A DNA stretch of 62,908 nucleotides, the filler included, from Octopus bimaculoides (lineage: Eukaryota), in NCBI RefSeq assembly GCF_001194135.2. It is 6 parts of 6 records of this genome, joined end to end, with 100 filler letters (N's around TTAATTAATTAA, not from the genome) between each part and the next. Parts side by side here need not be neighbours in the genome. Positions count along the whole stretch, not along the records: positions 1 to 1,268 come from NC_068997.1; positions 1,369 to 6,008 come from NC_068991.1; positions 6,109 to 20,754 come from NC_069000.1; 3 more parts are not named here. One strand, written 5' to 3'. A model generated the notes under the pieces. That model had not been told where the DNA came from, ran no database searches, and saw only the letters and a program-made list of their open reading frames with translations. Positions 1 through 14,050 of the stretch are shown here, one piece after another. Every line of letters begins with the position of its first letter. Position 1 is the first letter of the stretch. A program made the translations under genes and the position numbers.

Positions 1-32
<32 letters not shown>

Positions 33-74
33 GTACATATATATATATTTAGTGAAAGAAGGAATATATTGAAC

Positions 75-340
75 GTGGTGAATGTTATGACGTACAGAAC
101 TTGTCGGATGTGGTATGTGATGTAACATAAAGAACATGTACGACGCGGTATATGTTGTGACAAAGAGAACATGCTGGATGTGGTGTTAAGTTGTAACATA
201 GAAATTATTTTGGAGATAGTATATGTTGTAATACAGAGAAAATTTTAGACGTGGCATACCTTGTGACAGAAAACATGTTACATGCAGTGATACTGGAAAC
301 ATGTTGTAAGTGGTATATGTTGTAACATAGACAATATATC
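75..340. repeat. Degenerate ~35-bp tandem minisatellite
   Basis: GTGGTAT/GCGGTAT-like anchors recur at about 75, 110, 145, 180, 215, 251 and 310, each followed by TGTTGT(A/G)ACA.AGA. Confidence 0.65.
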
Positions 341-349
341 GGACTCGAC

Positions 350-1268
<919 letters not shown>

Positions 1269-1269
1269 N

Positions 1270-1368
1270 NNNNNNNNNNNNNNNNNNNNNNNNNNNNNNN
1301 NNNNNNNNNNNNTTAATTAATTAANNNNNNNNNNNNNNNNNNNNNNNNNNNNNNNNNNNNNNNNNNNN
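1270..1368. other. Scaffolding gap with TTAATTAATTAA linker (also at ~6053, ~20799, ~32680, ~38548)
   Basis: An identical 12-mer sits between N runs of similar length five times and carries stops in all six frames. Confidence 0.9.
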
Positions 1369-1631
1369 TATATTGAACACTCAATATTTCATCTACATTC
1401 AATACTTTATTTCATGGTGCCATCCATTTTTATGTTATTTTATTTTATATCATATATTGTATATTATATCATATATTGTATATTCCATATTCTATACCCC
1501 ACATTGGTTCTGCAGGAATATAAATAAAACATAAAAAACAGACAGTGTTGGAACTCTTTTAAACTAAATAATATATTCCTCTATATACAATCATACAGAA
1601 AAAACCCACGCTTTTTGTATTTATTTTTACT

Positions 1632-1676
<45 letters not shown>

Positions 1677-2007
1677 AAGCAAAGTAGCTACTTAAAAATC
1701 TCAAGAGATTAAAATAGTAACTATACTGCGATAAATGTTTATTGGCAGCTCGTTATTGGTGCAAACTGGACCTGGTGTATATTGTAAGCAGGGGAGCGAA
1801 CACTTACCATCTTCTAGCAGACGACGAGATCACCAGACAGAATGGTTTCGGGCTATCGCTAGAGATAGCAAGAATTCGCTCCAGCTCGCAGTATATAGAA
1901 AACTAAGCGACAGTCAGTCACTATCTCCCAACAAGCAAAGTAGTACGAAAATCTCAATATGAGATGAAAATAATACCTATATTGAAACGTAATGTTTATC
2001 GCAGTGA

Positions 2008-2080
<73 letters not shown>

Positions 2081-2172
2081 NNNNNNNNNNNNNNNNNNNN
2101 NNNNNNNNNNNNNNNNNNNNNNNNNNNNNNNNNNNNNNNNNNNNNNNNNNNNNNNNNNNNNNNNNNNNNNNN

Positions 2173-2204
<32 letters not shown>

Positions 2205-2329
2205 TGTATATATAAATATATATACAGGGGTGAATTCACAAGAAAAACAAAAGACGAAGACAGGTGGTGTACACAACAAACATGTATGTATGTATGTATG
2301 TATGTATAAATATATACGAGAAGAAAATG

Positions 2330-4330
2330 GATGTAAATAACAAGAAGAAACTCGTCGTTTTCGCTGGTATGTCTTTAATTTAATTAACAAAGAATAAGGT
2401 AGCATTTACGATCGTTTCAATTTACGAGTTTTAGTAAGTATCTTTAGAATGCGAAAAATAAATTGATATATTGGTAATGGCATTAGAGTCAAAATTTGTT
2501 AGTCTTACATTATATTATGTTCTTAAGTTGATTATTCCGCTGGAGAGTGGATTTCATTGCTGTAGATTGGTTAGTTTATGGTTCTGTTGAGCAATTAGGG
2601 CGGGGTGTATATTATTTTGGTGTGGAATCCCGAGTTTCGCTAAGCACATTTTTTGCGCATATGTGTATTAAACTGATTTTAATCAGCGGCGAGTTTTTGC
2701 CACCGGCGGTGTAAGTGAAGGGCGATAATTCTAACTTAGGGTGAAAAGGGAGCTAACTCAAACCGGATTATTTACATTAGGGAGGGTGGTTTAAAATTAT
2801 ATTATGTCTAAAGTTTAGGAAGTTCATAGTGATAAAAGGGGCCCTATGTAGGTGCAAAGTAAATTCTTATAGAAAGTGGAGGGCAAGTGGGGTTGGGGGT
2901 GACTGTTTTCGTCTAAGTATTTAAGGTGATTTCCAGCTAATTAGACTTATATAGATGAATATGGTGTGGGACTTGCAAAGGGTCCTACTATTTTACTGTT
3001 ACTTTGAAAAGATACAGTGGTCTACATGAAGACAAACATGGTTGTTCTCAAATTTCCTGTCGCGGAGGAGTTGTCTCGCCGTTAGGATAGCTAGGCGTTC
3101 TGATAAACAAAGATCACAGCGTCTATTGGCGGTGTTGTACGAGGTTGTTTTTACGAGTATACGCCAGTTTAATCTATAGTCTATTTTTTATCTTTAAGTT
3201 CCCAAATATATCTACTGAGCGCTGTTGAGTTAGCCTTACTCCTATTTCTGAAGCTAGATTGGTGTGCGTTATATCTAAGAATCATTTGGTTCTTAGTGGC
3301 GCTTATGTATGATTTTATCTGACTATTTGTGTGCACTTTACATTGGTAAACCACGTTATTTGTCTTGCATCTATTTGAGAAATGGCACTGCAGCCACATA
3401 AATTATTAGGTATATCAGTGTTTGTGTTATGTTGTGGGGGCCTACAATGTTCAGGTCTATATCTAAGTTAGCAGGAGGCGCTACGTTAGTGGTATGCTTA
3501 GTTCTATTAGTTGGTTGGTTATTATTTTTATTGTTCACAATCTTTCTAATTTCATAGAATTTTTTAGTTTTTTAAATTATTTATTGAGGCTATGATTGTA
3601 GCTAAGTTAGTGGTCAGGCTGTGGATTACTCTAATTTTATTCCTAAATAATTCTGCGCAGATATTTATCTATGATTTTCATTAATGAACGAACTAAGTTT
3701 GATTTGAAGTGCATGGTGTAGAGGATTACGAGCCAGATATTATATATTATCTCTATTTTGTTTATTTTTTGAATTGTTTTTTTTTAGTATGGAGCTACCC
3801 TCCTTGTTTGTGAGTCGTCTGAAGTTATGATTATGGATATCTTGCTTATTTCCATAGTTAGGTTTCACTTTCCTGTTACTTTTGTCTATTCTATTGGTGT
3901 TGTTTGCGTAGGGTTTATGTGGACTATATGGGCTGGTTTCCTGGTTATTAACAGGGTTCATATTAGTTCTTTGGGGTGCTTTAGTTTTATTCATACCGCA
4001 TGGTTCGGTGGTTAGAGCGTAAATATAGGTCTATATTATTATTTTTGTAGCTAATGTTATTTATGGGCTTATTTGTGTACTTGGTGTTATTAGTTGTGTT
4101 AATACTGTTAATCTTATTGATTATCACTTTATCGGTATTAGTGTTGTGTTTATTTTTGATGTCATTGGTGGTTTGTGTATGGGCCTTGGCGTTGTTCATA
4201 TTGGGGTTTACACATACTGTTTTTATTGTTGGTGTAGTTTGTGGTGATGTATGGTGTGTGGTTGGTGTTAATGGTATTAGTGAGTGGGTTTCTTTTATTT
4301 GGACTACTTGTATTCACCTCAACTGTTTAT
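2330..4330 (-). mobile_element. Decayed Penelope-like element: linker, C-terminal GIY-YIG endonuclease and 3' region
   Basis: ORF 3181-3399 reads CKTNNVVYQCKV...KSYISAT...RYNAHQSSFRN...TALSRYIWELK and continues NWRIL...CDLCLSERLAI. Linker-like LMKIIDK...FRNKIRV lies near 3560-3700. The upstream edge is approximate. Confidence 0.8.
2402..2452 (-). ncRNA. Degenerate type I hammerhead ribozyme at the Penelope 3' end (core mutated)
   Basis: Minus strand reads GCAUU-CUAAAGA-U-(ACUUAC...GUAAAUU)-GAAA-CGAUCG-UA-AAUGC. Stem I is GCAUU/AAUGC, stem III is palindromic (ACGAUCGU) and the site is GUA. The core is CUAAAGA instead of CUGAAGA. Confidence 0.55.
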
Positions 4331-4355
4331 CATTTTTCATATAAATGCATATGTA

Positions 4356-4398
<43 letters not shown>

Positions 4399-4434
4399 TG
4401 TGTGTGTGTGTGTATGTAAATGTGTATATGTATG

Positions 4435-4576
4435 TGTCTTTCTGTTTGTCCTTCATCCCACCGCTTGACAACCAGAGCTGCTGTGCGTACGTCCTTGGGT
4501 CGTAAGTTCAGGGGCTGATTTTTTCGACTTAGACCGAACCCCAACATGGCCGCAGTCCAATGACTGAAACAGGTAA
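4435..4576 (+). mobile_element. SINE family A, 3' fragment
   Basis: CGCTTGACAACC...CATGGCCGCAGTCCAATGACTGAAACAGGTAAA matches the tails of the full copies at 29767 and 58655. Confidence 0.8.
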
Positions 4577-4959
4577 ACTATATATGGTACACTGTATCAG
4601 TAAGTGCTTATGCAAGATAGTAAAATATGGAAGTGGGATTCATGAAGGAAGTTAGGAGCAAGATAATAAACAAATGATTCATATACTAGAATTTATATGT
4701 TTACTTCATCTCAATGTAGATTTTGACACTGTAGTACTCTTTTAACAGTATACTTTATCTGGTGTCTAGAAGAAACATTTATATAGTTTATATTTCTCTT
4801 GATGTACTGGTAACGCAAAGGGGAATTATATCGATCTCTACAGTTACACATACAATAAAGTGTCTTAGGTAGTGGAGAATTATTGGTTTGAAAATCTAAC
4901 GGAGGCCTCAAAAGACATTTTAAGATCCACAAAGATCAGAACTTACCTGCAGTTCATGG

Positions 4960-5900
4960 TGGTCCAAATCGGATGTGCAATCTATGTGGGTGTCTATTCG
5001 AAATATTGTCTTGTTTAAAAAGCCACATCAGCTTGAAGTTGGTAGGCTTCCACACCTTTACTATTTTGTCATAGCAATAGGTCACAATGTGGCACTTGGA
5101 GAAAAAACGGACACAATGTATGTGACCCTCTTCAGTAATTGTGTAGCTGCAAACACCAAGGGTATTCCAAATTTAATAGATTTATCTCGGAGTCGGATAC
5201 AATTGTCACTTGAAAAGGAAACATTCAAAACATCTTTAACCTGGCCAACAATAGACTGGCTAAAGTTCTAGAGTCGCAAGGTTTTGTCCTAAGAACTTCA
5301 TGGAGCAAAATTCCATTTCAGGACATAACCACAAAATAAGCCGAGGAAAAGGTATAAAGATTGTGTGAAGGAAAATCTGAAGAAACTAGATATGAACAAA
5401 AGTGATTGGGAAATTTATGTTGTAGATCGGAACAAGAAGAGAGGTGCTGTTAGGACTGGTTGCAGTGCCTGGGAGGAAATGATGATTCAACGCTCTGAGC
5501 TTAAAAGGGTCTGTCGCAAAGGAACAATTGAAACTAAAATACAGAGTGAATATTAGATATATATAATATGTGATCGTGTTTTTTTTTGCTAAAAGCAGGA
5601 TACGTGAATCATATGAAGTCACATGAAAATCGAAATGCCTAGGTAAGTAATCTTGACACACACCACCTCTTATGACTTGTGTCATAGGTCACAAAACGTG
5701 TACGACAATATCTGGACTTAAAAGAAATATGCTAGTTCACAAAAGCATCCTTCAGAATCAGATTCCAAAGGGCAATGATATAGAAGAAACTTGAATAATA
5801 TGTTATTTGTGTTTTAAACCCCGTCAGTCAGCAGCTAGTCTTAAAAGTCATCTGAGGGTTCAATAACAGAGACTGTGTGATGAGGTGTGGTGTGTGTGTG
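4960..5900 (+). mobile_element. Decayed RTE-clade LINE 3' end with C-terminal C2H2-like zinc fingers
   Basis: KPRKRYKDCVKENLKKLDMNKSDWE...DR...RGAVRTGCSAWEE is followed by finger remnants ICDRVF..KAGYVNHMKSH, C..HKTC..ISGLKR..LVH and C..C.....A.LKSHLR. The first ~330 bp is less certain. Confidence 0.75.
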
Positions 5901-5974
5901 TTGATGGGACGGTTATCAACTGTCAACATGAACCAATCATCAACATCATCATATATGTATATGTATATATGTAT

Positions 5975-6008
<34 letters not shown>

Positions 6009-6171
6009 NNNNNNNNNNNNNNNNNNNNNNNNNNNNNNNNNNNNNNNNNNNNTTAATTAATTAANNNNNNNNNNNNNNNNNNNNNNNNNNNNNNNNNNNN
6101 NNNNNNNNTATTATTATTGTTATTCTTCTTCTTATTATTATTATTATTATTATTGTTATTGTTGTTGTGGC

Positions 6172-6213
<42 letters not shown>

Positions 6214-6959
6214 CGTTGTTATTGTTGTTATTTCAGGATCGATAAAATAAGTACCACTTGAACATTGCGGCCTTAAAACCTTGATTAAAAGCAAAAAGGG
6301 GGTGTTGAAAATGCTCGTTTTTCTTAACTTGACATTCCATTTTAATGATCTGAAAATAAACAAAAATTAACTAAAATTAACTAGAAAAAAAAAAAAAGAT
6401 TCCAAAATGATTCAAAAATAGAATTCTCGAAAAAAATAGATTCCAAAATTTAAAAACGCAATAAATTCCAAAATTTAAAAAAAAAACGGCGGGAACTTAG
6501 TTGTCCGCCCAATATTTTCGTAGTTTTATTTTTGTTGCTTACATTCACTGCACAACCAATAACAACTCAACGAGCATTGATAATGATATTGTTACTGGTG
6601 ATGTCATCACAATCAGATTTAAAACGGAAGTCTTATTGATAGCGAAATACGAACCAAAAACTATGATAAAAATACATCAACCTTGTAATACACTAAGAAT
6701 AGTTACTGATTTGCCGGAAGTAACTTAGGGTTAAAGGTCGATTCCTTTTAAATGTGGCAATGACGATATCATCAGAAACTTCGTTCTAATGATTCTTGTT
6801 GACCGCTATAAAAAGGTCGACAATGACAAACGCATATATATGACCGAGAATGTCTACAAACATTCATGGTCTTAGAAATGTCATTTTTAACTAAATGTAA
6901 AGGATTAATAAGGAAATACAATAAATTTAAACAGTATATATCACGCGGGCGCATACACA

Positions 6960-7017
<58 letters not shown>

Positions 7018-7171
7018 NNNNNNNNNNNNNNNNNNNNNNNNNNNNNNNNNNNNNNNNNNNNNNNNNNNNNNNNNNNNNNNNNNNNNNNNNNNNNNNNNNN
7101 NNNNNNNNNNNNNNNNNNNNNNNNNNNNNNNNNNNNNNNNNNNNNNNNNNNNNNNNNNNNNNNNNNNNNNN

Positions 7172-7231
<60 letters not shown>

Positions 7232-7310
7232 ATACTAAAGCTCTAGGGATGTTTGTGTGTAACTGAAATATCTCAGAAATGCTATATTTTATCTTAATTT
7301 TGTTTTACAG

Positions 7311-7392
7311 GTTTATTTTCACACCTACCTTCGGCAGTGCAGTACAAATTTTTGTGACATTTGGACCTCTACATAAACGATTAAACACAATT
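7311..7392 (+). other. Candidate non-coding 5' UTR exon of the LRR gene
   Basis: Acceptor TTTATCTTAATTTTGTTTTACAG ends at 7310 and donor GTATGT begins at 7393. The segment is an island of unique sequence between microsatellites, and the coding exon has its own acceptor (TCTTTATTTTTGACAG ending 8722). Inference only. Confidence 0.4.
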
Positions 7393-7587
7393 GTATGTAC
7401 GTGTGTATGAAATGAACGTGTGTGCGTGAAAGAAAGAGAGAGAGAGAGAAATAGAGAGAGGAAGAGAGAGAGAAAGAGATAGAGAGGAAGAAAGAGAAAG
7501 AGTGAGAGTGAGTGTAGGAGTGTGTTGTCATGTATACGTATATACATCAATACATATGCGTACATCCTTTTTGGATGTACGTGAGCA

Positions 7588-7634
<47 letters not shown>

Positions 7635-7672
7635 GTGAGTGAGTGAACGTGTGTTTTCATGTATGTGTAAGT

Positions 7673-7715
<43 letters not shown>

Positions 7716-8748
7716 ACGCACACACACACACACACACGTCCATTTCATATACACGTTCATACATCTTTCACTTTCTCCTCTCTTTCACTTTAAAACAAAA
7801 GTAAAAGGTAATTTTCAAGATAAAAATTGTTTAAAAAAGCTTCTACTCATGTAAATCGATTACTATTGTTTGGATAGTTCCAAATAAATAAGTCCAGAAG
7901 TTAGGTTAAATATATATACATGCATTCTACAAACTGGTAAATAATTCCGTGAATACTTCNNNNNNNNNNNNNNNNNNNNNNNNNNNNNNNNNNNNNNNNN
8001 NNNNNNNNNNNNNNNNNNNNNNNNNNNNNNNNNNNNNNNNNNNNNNNNNNNNNNNNNNNNNNNNNNNNNNNNNNNNNNNNNNNNNNNNNNNNNNNNNNNN
8101 NNNNNNNNNNNNNNNNNNNNNNNNNNNNNNNNNNNNNNNNNNNNNNNNNNNNNNNNNNNNNNNNNNNNNNNNNNNNNNNNNNNNNNNNNNNNNNNNNNNN
8201 NNNNNNNNNNNNNNNNNNNNNNNNNNNNNNNNNNNNNNNNNNNNNNNNNNNNNNNNNNNNNNNNNNNNNNNNNNNNNNNNNNNNNNNNNNNNNNNNNNNN
8301 NNNNNNNNNNNNNNNNNNNNNNNNNNNNNNNNNNNNNNNNNNNNNNNNNNNNNNNNNNNNNNNNNNNNNNNNNNNNNNNNNNNNNNNNNNNNNNNNNNNN
8401 NNNNNNNNNNNNNNNNNNNNNNNNNNNNNNNNNNNNNNNNNNNNNNNNNNNNNNNNNNNNNNNNNNNNNNNNNNNNNNNNNNNNNNNNNNNNNNNNNNNN
8501 NNNNNNNNNNNNNNNNNNNNNNNNNNNNNNNNNNNNNNNNNNNNNNNNNNNNNNNNNNNNNNNNNNNNNNNNNNNNNNNNNNNNNNNNNNNNNNNNNNNN
8601 NNNNNNNNNNNNNNNATATATATATATATATATATACATACATATGTGTGTGTGTGTATGCGAACATATATATGTGGGAAATTTTGCTGATGCAATTATT
8701 ATCTGTTCTTTATTTTTGACAGAACCAGAACGTCTTCTCTGATACAAC

Positions 8749-9959
8749 ATGGCTGCTCTGATGACGCAAATTTGGTGCACCAGATTTGGATCAACATGCT
8801 TCCCGTTTCTCTTGCTAGTCATCCTATCTACTTTCACTGGATCCGAGTCGAGTGTGTCGGTAATTTTCAATGGAACTGGAAGAGATCATCTGTTGTTGCC
8901 GACTGATTTACCCAGGAACACTACACATATCTACCTCGACCACAACCACATCATTGAAATCTGTAAGATGCAGTATCCAAAACTAATTTATCTCAATCTC
9001 TCTCACAACGACATTGCTACAATCGAAACACTGTCATTTGAATACACCAAAAAACTGAAAACGCTTGATTTATCATATAACAAAATCACCGGTACCAGTT
9101 TGACCTTGAAAACGTTCGAAAAACTGGAGAGTCTGGAGCGTCTAATTTTGAAGGGAAACCCTTTATATGTTATTAAAAGCAGTGTATTTATAGTGTCGTA
9201 TTTCTCGAGGTTGCGTTATGAAATCGATTTTTCCTATTGTCACATTAGCGTAGTCGAACCCTCTGCTTTGGCAAACCTTGCCAAGTGCAACGCTTTGAAC
9301 TTGTCTCATAATAATATCTCTAAACTTCACGCACTGTCTTTTGCAAATATTATCCACTTAAAAAAGCTTGATTTAAGCCATAATTCTCTGACTGAGATAT
9401 CGCCGTCACTGTTCTCTTTTGCACATATTAATACACTGTTGTTGAACGGAAATCACGTGACAAAACTACACTGTCCATCGTTGAATCGCATACATAATTT
9501 ATACCATTTGAATTTGGCCGGTAACCACCTCCGATCGCTTCCTTGTTCCAATTTCGCCGGTTCAAATTTGCGTTACCTGGATCTCTCCAACAGCCATTTA
9601 GAGAAACTGGATGTTGATTTCTTATCGCCGGCTTTAAAAAAGAACCTCAGAACCTTACGACTCAACAACTGTCCATTGTTACAATACATTACTGCAAAGA
9701 AGAGTGGTTTTACAGCGTTGCAAAGTCTCTATTTAAATAACAACCCAAAATTACACCATATTGATGCTTTGGCATTTTCGCTTTCAAATAAATCACTAAA
9801 ATTAGCGTCTATTATTGACATTGCGGCTAACAGACTGCCCAAGGATATGTTAAACTGGAGCCAAGTTTTACGTTTGTCAATGACAAATTTAACCTGTGAT
9901 TGCACTGCATCTTGGATGTTAAGTGCCAATATATTCAACCAGAGAAATGTTGTATTACA
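8749..9959 (+). CDS. Coding exon 1 of a single-pass transmembrane LRR protein (Tartan/Capricious- or LRRN-like architecture): signal peptide, ~13-14 LRRs, first half of LRRCT
   Basis: The 404-codon ORF has a hydrophobic N-terminus (FPFLLLVILSTFTG), repeated LxxLxLxxNxI/L units, LQSLYLNNNPKLHHIDALAF and NLTCDC..W. It ends at a strong donor CA|GTAAGT (GT at 9960-9961), phase 2. Confidence 0.93.
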
Positions 9960-10179
9960 GTAAGTTATACTCCTTAAATACTCTTTTGATAATAGCACTT
10001 TGATAGGTGTAGCTTATCTCACTCCCTCTCTATCTAGCTTTGTTTCTCTTTTCCCTCTCTTTATCTGTCACTTTTTATTCGTCCATTTTCGTTCTCATGT
10101 CTCTTTTATTGTTGTTGTGATTTTTGTTATGGTTTTTGCTCTTGTTATTGTTGTTTGTTCAAGTCTCCGTTCGTCATTT

Positions 10180-10243
<64 letters not shown>

Positions 10244-11596
10244 TCCTTCTTTCTTTCCTCCCCACTCGCTCTCAATTTGTCTGTCGCTGCCTCTGTCTAA
10301 CTTCCTTACTTGCATGCACATACAATCATACATTCATTGATACGTTCACACATACATAAACACACACATATAAAACATATACTAACATGTACACAATTCC
10401 GTGTTTGTGTATCTATGTAAGTTCGTTTATTTGTATGCATGAATGCTTGAAAGTGTATGCATACAATGTGTGCATATGCGTGCAAATACATACGTATGTA
10501 TTATTGCATTCGTACATATACACATACATACAGGCATGCATGTACTCTGCTAGAAACAAGAGTCAAAAACGACTCAATTAGCCACAAAGTGCATTATCTT
10601 AATAAGCTGACGAAAGAGAGGAAGCGAGAAAGCTACGTACGGTATGAGACAAGCGCACAAGTGAGGAAGCAGATATACCCATATCACGTGATTTCGAACT
10701 CTCATGCATTGCATTTCAGTTTTCTTCCGTGGATCTTACTGCGCCTGGTGTTAAGCGCAACTCACCTCGTCAACTGCCTTTAGATTTTAATTGCTAATGG
10801 GCCACCTACATATATATATGTGTATGTATATATATATATATATANNNNNNNNNNNNNNNNNNNNNNNNNNNNNNNNNNNNNNNNNNNNNNNNNNNNNNNN
10901 NNNNNNNNNNNNNNNNNNNNNNNNNNNNNNNNNNNNNNNNNNNNNNNNNNNNNNNNNNNNNNNNNNNNNNNNNNNNNNNNNNNNNNNNNNNNNNNNNNNN
11001 NNNNNNNNNNNNNNNNNNNNNNNNNNNNNNNNNNNNNNNNNNNNNNNNNNNNNNNNNNNNNNNNNNNNNNNNNNNNNNNNNNNNNNNNNNNNNNNNNNNN
11101 NNNNNNNNNNNNNNNNNNNNNNNNNNNNNNNNNNNNNNNNNNNNNNNNNNNNNNNNNNNNNNNNNNNNNNNNNNNNNNNNNNNNNNNNNNNNNNNNNNNN
11201 NNNNNNNNNNNNNNNNNNNNNNNNNNNNNNNNNNNNNNNNNNNNNNNNNNNNNNNNNNNNNNNNNNNNNNNNNNNNNNNNNNNNNNNNNNNNNNNNNNNN
11301 NNNNNNNNNNNNNNNNNNNNNNNNNNNNNNNNNNNNNNNNNNNNNNNNNNNNNNNNNNNNNNNNNNNNNNNNNNNNNNNNNNNNNNNNNNNNNNNNNNNN
11401 NNNNNNNNNNNNNNNNNNNNNNNNNNNNNNNNNNNNNNNNNNNNNNNNNNNNNNNNNNNNNNNNNNNNNNNNNNNNNNNNNNNNNNNNNNNNNNNNNNNN
11501 NNNNNNNNNNNNNNNNNNNNNNNNNNNNNNNNNNNNNNNNNNNNNNNNNNNNNNNNNNNNNNNNNNNNNNNNNNNNNNNNNNNNNNNNNNNNNNNN

Positions 11597-11644
<48 letters not shown>

Positions 11645-11989
11645 GGAGCCTCTTTGGGGTAGTTTAACCAACTAGCAGAAATAACAGGTGAGTCTTCCTG
11701 AATTCACGACCAACTGTCATAGATAAAAGAGGTTACACTGGATAATATATATTTGGATGTATACTGTTACTGGAAAAGACGTTGATGATCACGTTTAGAT
11801 TATATTTGTTCATTGGTCTGTTCTAGGACTGACCTAGGGTTATACAAGAACATTAACAACACACACTTACATTGATGCACGCTCACACACTTGCACATAT
11901 ATACACACGCACACTTATACACATCTACACATGCACGCGCGCGCGCGCACACACACACACGCATACACATGCATACATAGACTTGTTTA

Positions 11990-14050
11990 CGACTTGCGGC
12001 TGTCCATCAAATTCATTCGTGAATTACTTTTGATGACCACACACCCCAATCTGTGATGTGCAGCTTCGGTTATAGATGAGACACTCTGACGGTTGGTTGA
12101 AGAAGTTAGCTATTAATCTGCGCGCATAACATTTTCCGTGGCTCCTCTGGTAGTGTTGAATGGATTTCTCCTCCATATCTTAATCCTCCCCTACAAGTGA
12201 GGTCGCTGAAGCCTAGTTTGGTTTATTTTTGAACCTGCTCTTTGGATCTCCAGCTACATGATGACCATGGTGTGGTGGTCGTCAACGATCCTAAGAAAGA
12301 GACGTAAACTAGAGAAGCACACAATCTGTCCAAGCGATTTCAATTGAATCAGTACAGATTAGATCCTCCTCTGTGTGTGTGTGTGTGGGGGGGGTAATCA
12401 GTTGAAGGATTCTGTGTACAATCACTAGTCATCATGAGAATGAAAGGATCTTCTACAGACACTGGACATTAAAGGTCTCTACAGCCTTTATGTAACGGCT
12501 GTATATGGTCTATATCTTACACTCATACTGGAAGGCAGAAGTACATACTATCCATTGGACGAGGAACTTGGTATGGAGGATGACATAATCATTTAAAAAG
12601 AAAACTCTTCTGAGCTTTCAGAAAATTATAGAAGCCTGTTTGTAGCAGTTTAGAATCTTCTTGATTAGAATTCAATCATTGAGAATTATGCTGCCGAGGT
12701 ACTTGAACTGGTAGGGTGTGGTTGACTGTTGCTGTTGCACTGAGAAAGTAAAGGGGAGAAAGAGGCTGGTCTTGTGTACTATTGACAGGTGGCCTTAGTT
12801 GTTCGGACGTTAACTGTGAGGCCCATCTTTTCATAGGTTTCAATGGCAATCGAGATGGTGGTATATTGAGCTACTGTGTGTGTGAGCTAGCAGAGCACAG
12901 TCACCATCATAGTTTAACTCAATGATCAGCTCAAATCTAAGCTTAGTAGAGGCCCGTCACTTTGAAAGTTTACAGTAATTCCTACCTCCTATTTCCATTC
13001 TTCTGTGTAACAGCCTGATCATATAGACGTGGAAAGTATTAATCTAAGCAGGGGCCAGCACACAAACTCGTCTGACACATTTACACTGAAGGGCTCGGAT
13101 TTCTACCCTCTCATGTCTCGAGTCATCATCTCATAAATTTAGGTAACCAAAGTTTCTGAGAACATCCTACAGGAATTTATTGTGTCGAATGTCTTTGATG
13201 GATCCACAGACGTATTGAAAAAGTCGTGGTGTTGGTCTTTGCATTTTTCTTGGAGATTTCTTGGAAAGATCATGCCTACTGTGCCTCTGTCCATGCAGTA
13301 TCCACACTGTGATCCTAGTCTTATGTTTTCTGTAATTGATTCAACCAGACTTTTAAAGATAATCTTGGCTAGGACATTTTCAGCAATCGACAGCTGGACT
13401 ATATCTTTTTAAGATATTACTCTCCTTTTTTATTGTAGATGGTGATAATATTTAGTGTTTTCCGAGTGTTAAGGGATATATTTCTGGTTATATACTTCTG
13501 AGACAAAGCGATGAAGAACTCTGCTGAAATATTGTCCGACCTAAAAGCTTTCCTGTTTTTTTTTTTTAATTTTATTTTAGGTTTAAGATTTTGATGACAG
13601 CACTAACTTTAGCAAAAGTTAGTGATTGTGGGTATTTTACGAGTTCCTTCTTGACTACCGGATCCTCAGTTTTTGGTTCGCTTAGGAGCTGAAGTGTTCT
13701 CTCTAGTGCTGCATTATTGCTGACTGATCTTTTAGTTAAAGACATTGTCTGACAACTTGGCTGGTGCCAGGGAGCAATTCCAAGGGCAATAAATGTCTTT
13801 ATTGCATCGTAAAGATAGTGGATATCATGCATGTGTGCATGCATCTGGATATCATGAGATTTTGCAATACAGTTCAGGGTACAAAGGGTGGGTTAACTTT
13901 AAATCGGCATTGCTTTGTAGAGTTTGTGTCGAGAGCTTGTCTAATGTTAGTCTGTGGACCTTCTGTAGGAGTTTGCTGATTTGCGGGCTTGCTGGAGTCC
14001 TCATCAAATCAGTTTTCGTGTGTTTTTCCGCTTAAATTCGTAGTTTGGTG
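11990..14050 (-). mobile_element. Decayed RTE-clade LINE, antisense within the LRR intron
   Basis: Minus-strand remnants read SIAENVLAKII...SQCGYCMDRGTVGMIF..LQEKC...KTFDT...CVLAP (RT) and C..NRSCTSQIG..GH near 12040-12080, with many stops. Confidence 0.75.

Noticed and set aside
1313-1324. TTAATTAATTAA palindrome recurring five times
   Set aside because: It always lies between N runs of similar length and gives stops in all six frames, so it is a scaffolding linker.
6488-6513. GGCGGGAA, CCGCCC and CCAAT cluster as LRR promoter
   Set aside because: These are short motifs with no start-site evidence and could belong to a repeat.
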